This document shows, piece after piece, positions 10,019 to 18,557 of a DNA stretch of 64,000 nucleotides. The DNA lies in the NCBI GenBank assembly GCA_963665095.1, contig OY762069.1:3392001-3456000 (forward strand), written 5' to 3'. The stretch comes from an uncultured Desulfobacter sp. (GTDB lineage: Bacteria; Desulfobacterota; Desulfobacteria; Desulfobacterales; Desulfobacteraceae). How positions within the stretch are numbered: the first letter of the stretch is position 1; each line of letters opens with the position of its first letter. The position numbers and the translations under genes are program-made. The notes beneath the pieces were generated by a model. The model made no database searches. It was not told where the DNA came from and saw only the letters and a program-made list of their open reading frames with translations.

Positions 10019-10385
10019 GGCGGTATCGGGAAAATCCTGGCTCTGACCATCATGCTTGAGGTGGGCGATATCAACCGTTTTGACAAGGTTGGTAACTATT
10101 CATCATATTGCCGATGCCTAAGGAGTGAACAGGTCTCCGCAATAAGAAAAAAGGAGAGAAGAAGAAGAAGAAGAAGAACGGCAACAAATATTTAGCCTGG
10201 GCCTATGTTGAGGCTGCAAATTTTGCAAACAGATTCAGCCCGGAGGCCCGCAGTTTTTATCAAAGCAAAAAAGCAAAAAGAAATGGCATCGTTGCACCAA
10301 AGCCCTTAGCAACAAGTTATGCAGGGCATTATATTACATCATGCGCGATCAAATAGAGTATGAGGCAGCAAGGCTGTTTATATGA
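10019..10385 (+). mobile_element. IS110-family transposase C-terminal remnant (two frameshifts)
   Basis: GIGKILALTIMLEVGDINRF..NYSSYCRC / KKKG..KNGNKYLAWAYVEAANFA..FYQSKKAKRNGIVA / KALSNKLCRALYYIMRD = Transposase_20 region. The N-terminal DEDD domain is absent. Confidence 0.85.
10158..10178 (+). repeat. (GAA)7 microsatellite inside the IS110 remnant
   Basis: Direct reading of the sequence. Confidence 0.9.
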
Positions 10386-10486
10386 TTTTGGCACAAAAGA
10401 TTTTCTGGGGTCCGAACGGACCAGGGGCCGTGTGTCACGCATTTTGCCTGATGCATATTTGCCTTGAACCTGATGGGTGACCCCAA

Positions 10487-12652
10487 TTATTTTTCAACTG
10501 AGGTGAGGAAATCGGCGATGGCTCTGGAGACCCTTGTTGATTCACGGCCTGAAAGCAGGTTGTGACGGTCCGTGTTCAGGAAAAAAAAGTCTTTTCTGCT
10601 GGAGTTGACAAGTTTGAACAGCTTTTCTGCATTTGATGTACTGTTGTGGAACTCTTTGCCGGACTGCAGAAAGAAGAGGGGGGCCGTAACGGCGGACAGT
10701 CTTTCCTCCAGATGTTTTATCAGTTTTTCAAGCTCTTTAACTCCGGAAACCGGGTTACGGCGATAGCAGACTGAAGGGGTGGTATCCTGTCCTTCTTTCT
10801 GGTAATCGGGGTTGCTGTCAACAAAACGCGCCATATACAGCATGCGATGCCAGAGCTGTGCCGCTGAAAAGGATTTTAACCCCACATCTTTCACCTTTAA
10901 CGGTGGGGCAACCGCAAAGACACCATTTATCTGCGGTATTCTTGACGCCAGTTCAAGGGCAAGCCCGGCCCCGGTTGAAAATCCGCCGGCAAAGACAGAT
11001 GATGTCCGGTGCTTTAAAATAATATAGCCCTCTTCAACACTCTCAATCCAGTCCTGGTAGCTTGTCCGCGCAAGATCCTCAGGGGCGGTTCCGTGCCCTT
11101 TGAGGCGGGGTGCAAACACAGTGTAGCCAAGGGCGCTTAAAAAAGCGGCCAGAGGTTTCATCTCCTTTGGCGATGCAAGATAGCTGTGAATCAGAAGGAC
11201 ACCGGGCCGGCCCTTTCCCGGGTCAAACAGAATGGGCCGGCCTTCATCCTGTTCAAACGACTCTTGCGGGGTATAAAACGCCTCAAAATCAGCATCATAT
11301 TCCCTGAAAATTTTACCTGTCAAACCATGGCCAACCTGCTGATCAATCTCAACGGCGCTTTTTTGGGCAAAATCCTTTAGATAGCGCTGGATGTCCTGAA
11401 GCGGTTCCACTTCATTGGCAACAACAGAAAGGGGATTTTCCATTCTCACCCCCTGAAAACTGCTGTCCGCTTTAAATCTTTCCAAATTTTGAAACAGCCG
11501 GCCGTTTTTTTCATACAGCACGCCTGTTTTGAGGGCAGTTTCGAGAAAAGCGAAAAATCGGTTGTTTCTGTCATCGGTCAAAAGATGAATCTGGTTACCA
11601 TAAAAATCGTTATGAAGGCAGTGGTCAAAGGATCTGACTCTTTCTGTGATTGCCAGATACGCCCTGCACTTTAAGTCATAGGGATCAATACCCTGGGGCG
11701 AGGCCGGCATATATTTAACCAGACCGGTAAAAATATGATCATAGTTCAGTGTGGTCATGCCATAGACATCAGCCATGAATCTTTGGAGAATGTCCTGGCT
11801 CACTGCTTTTATGACCGGTGCGGAGCAAAGCTGCCTGCTGAAAACTATTTTCCGCCTTGAGGTGAGATCGCTCTCAATAAAGGAGTTATGAAGATAACCT
11901 GCGATTTTTATGGGTGTGCCAAACCGGATATCCACCTCCACCCCGGACAGAACCATACCGCCTTCTGTCATGAGTTCGTCCATTACCTGCTGGGACGGAT
12001 TTTCTATAAGCTTCTGGGCAAGGGAGCTGAGCAGGTTCTCCCTGGCCCGCATGGGGTAGTAGGTAATATTGGTCGGAACCATATAGGTTGTTTTGCTTAA
12101 AACTTTTTCCGGGTCCTTAATTTCAAACCAGTCAATCAGCCGCTGAAACTCTTTCGGATTGATGGTTTTCATCCGCCGCAGCCGTTCCCGGTAAAATTCG
12201 CTTTGAATGGCAATCACGGCAGCCCCTGAACGGGGCCGATGAACGAATTCATCCACATGGATTTCAAACCTGCCGTCGTTGACAGTCTTTTTATTCTTCA
12301 CCATTCTTCCTTCCGGAAAAATGATCCAGGAGGCGTCTCCGTCCAGAAGGGTTTTGGTGATCAGATAGTCACGCTGGGGATCTTTGGTTGAAATGGCCCC
12401 CATGACGTCAAGAACACTTTTTAACCCGCCCACAAAGAGCTCTGCATCTGCCAGAGACCATATGGCTTTTTTAGTAATACCATGGAGATGATAGGGGAGA
12501 AAAATCGTTTCAATCCGGGTAAAATGGTTGGCAATGAAAATAATGGAACCGTCCGGAATATTCTCCTTGTCATGGACAGTTATCCGGGCCTTGGAAAGTC
12601 CGGACAAAGCTTTAAGGGCATATCCGGACATGAAATAGGCAAATCGGTTCAC
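10487..12652 (-). CDS. PlsC/PlsB-type acyltransferase fused to C-terminal alpha/beta hydrolase
   Basis: NHFTRIE (HX4D/E) and IFPEG acyltransferase motifs; LLIHSY, GHGT and GFSTG nucleophile elbow; GTG start. Confidence 0.8.
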   Translation of the reverse strand: MNRFAYFMSGYALKALSGLSKARITVHDKENIPDGSIIFIANHFTRIETIFLPYHLHGITKKAIWSLADAELFVGGLKSVLDVMGAISTKDPQRDYLITKTLLDGDASWIIFPEGRMVKNKKTVNDGRFEIHVDEFVHRPRSGAAVIAIQSEFYRERLRRMKTINPKEFQRLIDWFEIKDPEKVLSKTTYMVPTNITYYPMRARENLLSSLAQKLIENPSQQVMDELMTEGGMVLSGVEVDIRFGTPIKIAGYLHNSFIESDLTSRRKIVFSRQLCSAPVIKAVSQDILQRFMADVYGMTTLNYDHIFTGLVKYMPASPQGIDPYDLKCRAYLAITERVRSFDHCLHNDFYGNQIHLLTDDRNNRFFAFLETALKTGVLYEKNGRLFQNLERFKADSSFQGVRMENPLSVVANEVEPLQDIQRYLKDFAQKSAVEIDQQVGHGLTGKIFREYDADFEAFYTPQESFEQDEGRPILFDPGKGRPGVLLIHSYLASPKEMKPLAAFLSALGYTVFAPRLKGHGTAPEDLARTSYQDWIESVEEGYIILKHRTSSVFAGGFSTGAGLALELASRIPQINGVFAVAPPLKVKDVGLKSFSAAQLWHRMLYMARFVDSNPDYQKEGQDTTPSVCYRRNPVSGVKELEKLIKHLEERLSAVTAPLFFLQSGKEFHNSTSNAEKLFKLVNSSRKDFFFLNTDRHNLLSGRESTRVSRAIADFLTSVEK

Positions 12653-12711
12653 TTTACCGGCTCCCTGATTTTTTAGTATTCCAGGGGATATATGGTTGCC
12701 TGTTTACCCCC

Positions 12712-12978
12712 TCAGGCAACACCCTCTTTTTGTTTTGATCGAATAAAATCGGCAAGGGTTTTCAGTGTCGATAAAATTTCGCGAGCCTGATCCTTGCCCT
12801 GAATACGAATATCATAGACTTCCTGAATCATGACAACAATTTCAATGGCGTCCAGAGAGTCCAGTCCGAGATAAGAGTCCGGCCCGATCAGGGGTTCCTC
12901 CACAGGAAAGTCCTCTATTATCTCGTCCTGAATATCGCATATATCCACAATCGCCTTCAGCAGTTCCTGTTCCAACAT
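12712..12978 (-). CDS. Acyl carrier protein
   Basis: Acidic ~88 aa protein with LGLDSLDAIE phosphopantetheine site. Confidence 0.9.
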   Translation of the reverse strand: MLEQELLKAIVDICDIQDEIIEDFPVEEPLIGPDSYLGLDSLDAIEIVVMIQEVYDIRIQGKDQAREILSTLKTLADFIRSKQKEGVA

Positions 12979-12983
12979 CCTTA

Positions 12984-14213
12984 TCATCCTCGTCTTTTGT
13001 ATGCCAGTGAAATCTGGGAAATTCCAAATGCGGCCCCCGCAAACAAAATCAGGCAGCTCGCTTCGGGCAGGACAGCATTTATCTGCTTTCCCCTTAGAAG
13101 AATATCATAAAACGCGTCCAAAGCCCATGCCAGGGGCGACAGCTTGCTTAAAAGCTGCATGGGTTCCGGCATCAGATAGACAGGCACGATAATGCCCCCG
13201 AGAGCCGCTGCAATCACAATGGAGGCAGGTCCTATCACCAAAGCCTGTTCATGACTGCCGGCAAGCGCCCCTAACATGATGCCGTAACTTGCCGCAGCAA
13301 TGGCACAGGCGGTGAGAATAATTAAAACCGCCCCTATCCCGCCCTCCAGAACAAAGGCCGGTAAACCTATAACCGGAAAAAGGAATTTGCCAATGAGAAA
13401 AACCAGAAGAAACTGGCACATGCATACACCGATGTATGCAAAAATTTTCCCGATAATTAATACAAGCCCGGAAACAGGCATGGTCTTTAACCGGTCCAGG
13501 GTTTTGTTTTCACGCTCCTGAATCAGTGAGCTTGCCAGGGGCACACAGATAAAAAAAATACCGAACAATGCCCAGGCAGGAACATTCTGCTGAACCGAGG
13601 TGGGCATTTTAATAAAACCGAACTCGGTTGCCCACTCCTCTTTAATATCAAACCATGGCACAGGCAGCCCCGCGTCCGCTCCGCTGTCCGGGGCAGGAAG
13701 GGACTGGCTGAGTTTAATTCTGTATTCCATGCACAAAAGGATTTTGGATATTGAACTTAACACCGCAGCCCTGAACCCGCCCTGCACGGAAGGGTCGAAA
13801 TAGACCGTAATCTGCCTGGATTCATCCGAAGAAACGGCGGCCTGTTCCATAAAAAACTGCCCTGCTTTTTCAAAGGCAAACTGGGTGCTGCCCTCGGGGA
13901 TCACAATACTGAACTGGTATTCCCCTTTATTGACAAGCGACTTGGCTTTTTTTGCGTCAGTGCAGTCAACCACTTTCCCATTCACAGCCAGAATATTGTC
14001 CGACGACTTGAGACCTTGAAAAATAATCTTTCCGATCATGCCATTATCATTGTCAAGGACCAGCACCCGGGTGGTGGGATTGAGTACTTTTTGCTGCACA
14101 AGACACACAACCAGTACCAGCACAGCAGGCATGACAAATAAAAGCAGGAGCCCTGCCCGGTCACGAATGAGCAGAAGCAGCTCTTTTTTTAATATTGCAG
14201 TCAACTGCCTCAT
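12984..14213 (-). CDS. ABC-2 type exporter permease
   Basis: KELLLLIRDR..LFVMP, QQNVPAWALFGIFF, ERE..TL.RL and multiple TM segments. Confidence 0.9.
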   Translation of the reverse strand: MRQLTAILKKELLLLIRDRAGLLLLFVMPAVLVLVVCLVQQKVLNPTTRVLVLDNDNGMIGKIIFQGLKSSDNILAVNGKVVDCTDAKKAKSLVNKGEYQFSIVIPEGSTQFAFEKAGQFFMEQAAVSSDESRQITVYFDPSVQGGFRAAVLSSISKILLCMEYRIKLSQSLPAPDSGADAGLPVPWFDIKEEWATEFGFIKMPTSVQQNVPAWALFGIFFICVPLASSLIQERENKTLDRLKTMPVSGLVLIIGKIFAYIGVCMCQFLLVFLIGKFLFPVIGLPAFVLEGGIGAVLIILTACAIAAASYGIMLGALAGSHEQALVIGPASIVIAAALGGIIVPVYLMPEPMQLLSKLSPLAWALDAFYDILLRGKQINAVLPEASCLILFAGAAFGISQISLAYKRRG

Positions 14214-14214
14214 A

Positions 14215-15021
14215 TCAAGAGCCTTTATTCTTATCTGTAACAGTTAAAAACAATTCATCCAGGTTGCGACAGTTGTCAACGCCGCCCACCAGGTCCCGGG
14301 GAGGCCCTTCGGCAAGGCAGACACCTTTATCCATAATCAGCACACGTGAACAGATCTTCTGGGCTTCTTCCATATAGTGGGTCGTGTAAATAAGGCTGCT
14401 GCCCTTTTGGCTTAATCGCTGAATCTGGGCCAGCATGGCATTGCGTGAGTGAATATCCATGCCCACAGCCGGTTCATCCAGAAGAATCAGGGCAGGATCG
14501 TGCAGAATACCACAGGCAATATTGAACCGCCGCTGGATCCCGCCGGAACACCGGCGGATCAAACGACCGGCAAACTCATGAAGCTCGAATAAATCCAGTA
14601 CCTCAGGAATCTTTGCGGCCAGTTCTTTTTTTCCAAGCCCGTACAATGTGCCAAAGTAAACCATATTTTCCCGGCCGGTAAGTGTGGGGAAAAGGGCGAT
14701 TTCCTGGGGGATCAGGCTGATGAGCCGGCGGGCTTTAAAAGGATGTTTCAAGGCGTCTTCGCCACATATCATCACCCTGCCCCGGGTGGGTTTTATCAGG
14801 GTTGCCAGAATTGAAATGGTCGTTGTTTTGCCCGCGCCGTTAGGACCTAACAGGCCAAAAATTTCGCCTTTTTCAACTTTAAAATTGAGATCAACAAGGA
14901 CATCTTTGGAAACACCTTTATATCGCTTCCCCAGACGACTCACTTCAAGAGCGGGGTAGCCCGAAGCAGGTCCATCCGGAGTGCGTCCATCCGGAGTGTG
15001 TCCATATTGCTCAGCCGACAA
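14215..15021 (-). CDS. ABC exporter ATP-binding protein
   Basis: GPNGAGKTT, CSGGIQRR, LLDEP and TTHY motifs; probable TTG start at 15021 after AAGGAG. Confidence 0.9.
   Translation of the reverse strand: MSAEQYGHTPDGRTPDGPASGYPALEVSRLGKRYKGVSKDVLVDLNFKVEKGEIFGLLGPNGAGKTTTISILATLIKPTRGRVMICGEDALKHPFKARRLISLIPQEIALFPTLTGRENMVYFGTLYGLGKKELAAKIPEVLDLFELHEFAGRLIRRCSGGIQRRFNIACGILHDPALILLDEPAVGMDIHSRNAMLAQIQRLSQKGSSLIYTTHYMEEAQKICSRVLIMDKGVCLAEGPPRDLVGGVDNCRNLDELFLTVTDKNKGS
14970..15005. repeat. 15-bp tandem repeat (gtccatccggagtgy) x2.4 in the ABC ATPase N-terminus
   Basis: Direct reading; encodes GHTPD-GRTPD-G. Confidence 0.85.
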
Positions 15022-16024
15022 TATCAAGAAGCTCCTTAAATGCCCTGGTTTCAATATCCGCACAGGTATTGAGAAGATGGCACATCACCTCAAAAGAGTC
15101 ATCTCCATTGGCCCTGCCCTTGCAATACCTTGCCGCTTTTACTGCAAATTTTCGCCAGGTATCTCCGGATGATGTCAATAGATCAGAGACGGAAAGCAGC
15201 CGATCATCATCTAAAACACGGGACGCTTCCTGTAAAAACGCCGAATACATGAATCTGAACCCGCCACCACCGGTACCGATCTCCTCCTGCATCCGGATCA
15301 GCTGACCCAGCAGGAGCATGTTTTTTTTCTGGTCGAATTTTTCCGGCCACTTCCCAACGCGCCGGCTTAAAAACCGAATCCCACTGGTTCCCAGAAACGG
15401 TACAGGGGTTTTGACCATACTTTTGGCAGCGCCTTTGATTCCTGACATCACAGCCGGCTGAAAATCGAGGAAATCCGGTACTTGCGTAATCCGGTACATA
15501 CTGCCTTTGGGCGCCAGTGCACCCCGGGCAAATCTGGCCAGGGCCAGGTCCTTTGCCGGACACTCCACCACATCAGGGAATACAGGATCACTGATAATAT
15601 AATGATTCCCCTCTTTCCCGATCACCACAAGGTTATGCATGTTAAAATGGAATCTTAGGGCTGGCGGAAAGTAGGGAAGCCAGTACCCGCCGGTTCTGCA
15701 CCCCACAGGGTGTCCCTTGTCAAGCTCCCGGTCCAGGGCATCCATGGCCCTGGCAACATTATGAAATTTCTCCCATTTTACCTTAATACCCAGGGAACGG
15801 GTAACCCCTTTAAAAATTTTTCCCACCGGGCACCGAAAGGTTGTCAAAGGCAGTTCATTCACTTTTATAAAAGGCAGGTAACCAAAAAATATTCCCTGGC
15901 CAATACCAAAGGCAAGGGCCTCGGAGATCCGGTATTCACTTCCTTTAAATGCATGGTTGATCAGGTTGGATGTAACCCCGCACTCACAATGTGCGGACTG
16001 AACATGTTCAAAATCTATTTTCAT
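15011..16024 (-). CDS. BtrH N-terminal domain / DUF4872 protein (papain-like fold)
   Basis: FEHVQSAHCECG, SEALAFGIG, FHFNMHNLVVIG and RMQEEIGTGGGGFRFMYSAFLQEA. Confidence 0.85.
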   Translation of the reverse strand: MKIDFEHVQSAHCECGVTSNLINHAFKGSEYRISEALAFGIGQGIFFGYLPFIKVNELPLTTFRCPVGKIFKGVTRSLGIKVKWEKFHNVARAMDALDRELDKGHPVGCRTGGYWLPYFPPALRFHFNMHNLVVIGKEGNHYIISDPVFPDVVECPAKDLALARFARGALAPKGSMYRITQVPDFLDFQPAVMSGIKGAAKSMVKTPVPFLGTSGIRFLSRRVGKWPEKFDQKKNMLLLGQLIRMQEEIGTGGGGFRFMYSAFLQEASRVLDDDRLLSVSDLLTSSGDTWRKFAVKAARYCKGRANGDDSFEVMCHLLNTCADIETRAFKELLDIVG

Positions 16025-16452
16025 TTAGTTATCTTCTGGCGGCCCATGGCTAATTTATCTGCAAGCGTTGTCAGTTCATCCACTGAAACATCAAATAAAA
16101 CAGCATATCTTTCCAAGAGGTCGCCTTTGAGTGCATTAAACACCTTAGGTTTAAGGTGGCGTTTAACCTGCCAGCCATACAGTCCCATATATTTGGCAAG
16201 CAGCCTGACATCCATCTGATGGCAGGCCATGTAATATCCAAGAGGGCTCACATTCCCGTTAAGTATTCCTTCAGCGGCACGATTAATATTTTCTTCAATA
16301 ACCTGCCATGCCTGTTTGTTTGCCAGATTTTTAGGCATCCAGCCAATACTTGGCACCAGGCTGTATTTCCCGTCCTTATCAACGGCATAGCACACCTCAT
16401 GGCCGTAATCTTCCAAAATTCCGGGATGTTGGGGTACGTCTTTAACTTTCAT
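16021..16452 (-). CDS. Conserved hypothetical protein typical of flexirubin/dialkylresorcinol clusters
   Basis: MKxxDVPQ, YAVD..G.Y..S.GW.PK, SPL.YYM..MD..LA..G..W.VKRHLKP..F; ATGA overlap with the BtrH gene. Confidence 0.7.
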   Translation of the reverse strand: MKVKDVPQHPGILEDYGHEVCYAVDKDGKYSLVPSIGWMPKNLANKQAWQVIEENINRAAEGILNGNVSPLGYYMACHQMDVRLLAKYMGLYGWQVKRHLKPKVFNALKGDLLERYAVLFDVSVDELTTLADKLAMGRQKITK

Positions 16453-16649
16453 TGTTACTCAGGGGCACCAGAAGTGTATATGTGAAGATATAACTTTTAA
16501 TTCTTTTTTCCATATATTTAAAATACCCATAAAAGGCATTGAAAATTGAACAAATTGTTATCAAATGCATAATCAATGAAACCTAAGGTATAAAGGCGTT
16601 CTTTGTCAACCAAAACATGGGGTTTTCGTTCAGGCACTAAATAACCGGA

Positions 16650-17501
16650 TTATGCATCCTTTACCAACCCTTTACCCAGAATGGTGTTCCAGATCCCGTC
16701 CGGACACCGGCGCTCAACAATATGAACCGGCAGCGTTCTCAGGTTCGCCATCACTTTTTTTGCCTCTGAATTAAGCAGACCGGACAAAATAAACCATTGT
16801 TTTTTTATAAAATCGGGATGGGCAATAATGTGCTGCATCACATCATAATGGATATTGGCCACCAGCAGATCACAGGGCATGGGAACCATCTGCTCCCCTC
16901 TGGCCTGGAATGCCAGAATCCGGTCCTCAAGCTGGTTCAGACGGACGTTGTTCAGACAGGTTTTCACGGCAAGCGCGTTGAAATCCAGGGCAAAAACCTG
17001 CCGGCACCCCAGGGCTGCCGCGCCCAAAGCCAGAAGTCCCGTACCGGTGCCGATATCCACCATCCGCTCCACCCGGTGTTTTGACAGAATCCTGTGGATC
17101 AGGGTCAGACAGTCTTCCGTGGTCTGGTGCCGTCCGGTACCGAAAACTACGCCCGGATCCATAAGCACCAGCGGCTCTGATTTTTTTTCATCTGTATCTT
17201 TGGGAAGATCCCAGGGAGGTGCAATGGTAAGGTTTTCCACCTGGTAAGGTTCTATGCGGTCCCCGTGCCAGGTTTCCCCGTCCATCTCATAATGATCTAC
17301 CAGATGAATGTGAGGATTTACCGCAGCTATTTTTGCTGCCAGCTGATCTTCCGGCTCATTGAAAAAAACAAACACCGTACCATCCTCTTCCCAGGTGCCA
17401 AGGTAGCTTTTGCAGCCCCCAAGTCCGGGGTCCTTCGCAGGAATTCCGTCAAAATTATATATATGAAGGTGTTCGTATGGATTTTTTATGGCCGGTTTCA
17501 T
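16650..17501 (-). CDS. PrmA-like SAM-dependent protein methyltransferase (paralogue with divergent N-terminus)
   Basis: DPGVVFGTGRHQTT, DIGTGTGLLA, LVANI and ILSGL motifs. Confidence 0.8.
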   Translation of the reverse strand: MKPAIKNPYEHLHIYNFDGIPAKDPGLGGCKSYLGTWEEDGTVFVFFNEPEDQLAAKIAAVNPHIHLVDHYEMDGETWHGDRIEPYQVENLTIAPPWDLPKDTDEKKSEPLVLMDPGVVFGTGRHQTTEDCLTLIHRILSKHRVERMVDIGTGTGLLALGAAALGCRQVFALDFNALAVKTCLNNVRLNQLEDRILAFQARGEQMVPMPCDLLVANIHYDVMQHIIAHPDFIKKQWFILSGLLNSEAKKVMANLRTLPVHIVERRCPDGIWNTILGKGLVKDA

Positions 17502-17542
17502 ATTCAACGCCTGACAACCTCTTAAGTATTTTAAATAAATGT

Positions 17543-17571
17543 TTGACAATCTTTTGCCGGTGCAAAATAAT
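17543..17571 (+). promoter_or_regulatory. Sigma70-like promoter for prmA (TTGACA-17-AATAAT)
   Basis: Consensus match with 17-nt spacer upstream of ATG 17608. Confidence 0.5.
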
Positions 17572-17607
17572 CAATTCTCATCAAAAATTCAAGAAAGACC
17601 GCAACCC

Positions 17608-18531
17608 ATGAAATTCAAAAAAGTAATTGCCCGGTTCAATGCCGAAAACATTGACCTTGCAGAGGAAGTGATCTCCCACATTTTTTTCTCCTTTAACCTG
17701 AAAGGGGTAATTTGTGATGTGCCCATTCCCGAACCGGACGAAGGATTCGGCACCCACACCCTGCCAGCGCCTTCCCAGAACAGCATCATCGGCTATTTCC
17801 CGGACACAGACGATTCAGACATTGTCATTGCCCGGCTCAAAGAACGGTTTGGCAATCTGTCAGACATGAATGTACAGGTAGACACCCAATCAGAGATAGT
17901 GGACGAAAAGGACTGGGCCCATGCCTGGAAAGCGTATTTCAACGTCACGCGGATCACGGACCGGATTGTGGTCAAGCCGGAATGGAAGCCCTATGACCCA
18001 TCCCCCGGGGACGTCGTCATCCATATTGACCCGGGCATGGCATTTGGCACCGGCACCCATCCCACCACGGCCATGTGCCTGGAACTTGTCGAAACCGTTA
18101 TCAAACCGGGGGACACCTTCCTGGATGTGGGGTGCGGTTCCGGCATTTTAATGATTGCGGCGGCAAAATTAGGCGCTGCCACCATGGCCGGTATTGACAC
18201 CGATCCGCTGGCCGTGGAGATCACCGGAAAAAATCTTATAAAAAACGGCATTCCCGCCAGCATTGTCCGCCTGACAGCAACAACCCTGGACCAGGCACCT
18301 GAAACCGGGTATAACATTATTACCGCCAACATCATTGCCCAGGTCATCGTCCAGATCATGCCGGATATTGCCGCCCGACTGGCCCCGGAAGGCCGTGCCA
18401 TTCTTTCCGGCATTATTGATGAAAGGGTGCCGGATGTGCAAAAGGCCCTGGATGCATCACACCTTGAGTGCATTAAAACCTGTAAAGAAGCTGAATGGGT
18501 GGCCATGGTGGTGGGACATAAAAAGAAGTAA
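17608..18531 (+). CDS. prmA: 50S ribosomal protein L11 methyltransferase
   Basis: DWAHAWK, IDPGMAFGTGTHPTT, LDVGCGSGIL, ANIIA and LSGI motifs. Confidence 0.93.
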   Translation: MKFKKVIARFNAENIDLAEEVISHIFFSFNLKGVICDVPIPEPDEGFGTHTLPAPSQNSIIGYFPDTDDSDIVIARLKERFGNLSDMNVQVDTQSEIVDEKDWAHAWKAYFNVTRITDRIVVKPEWKPYDPSPGDVVIHIDPGMAFGTGTHPTTAMCLELVETVIKPGDTFLDVGCGSGILMIAAAKLGAATMAGIDTDPLAVEITGKNLIKNGIPASIVRLTATTLDQAPETGYNIITANIIAQVIVQIMPDIAARLAPEGRAILSGIIDERVPDVQKALDASHLECIKTCKEAEWVAMVVGHKKK

Positions 18532-18557
18532 TCCAGTCAAGTAAGGAGGACAATCAG

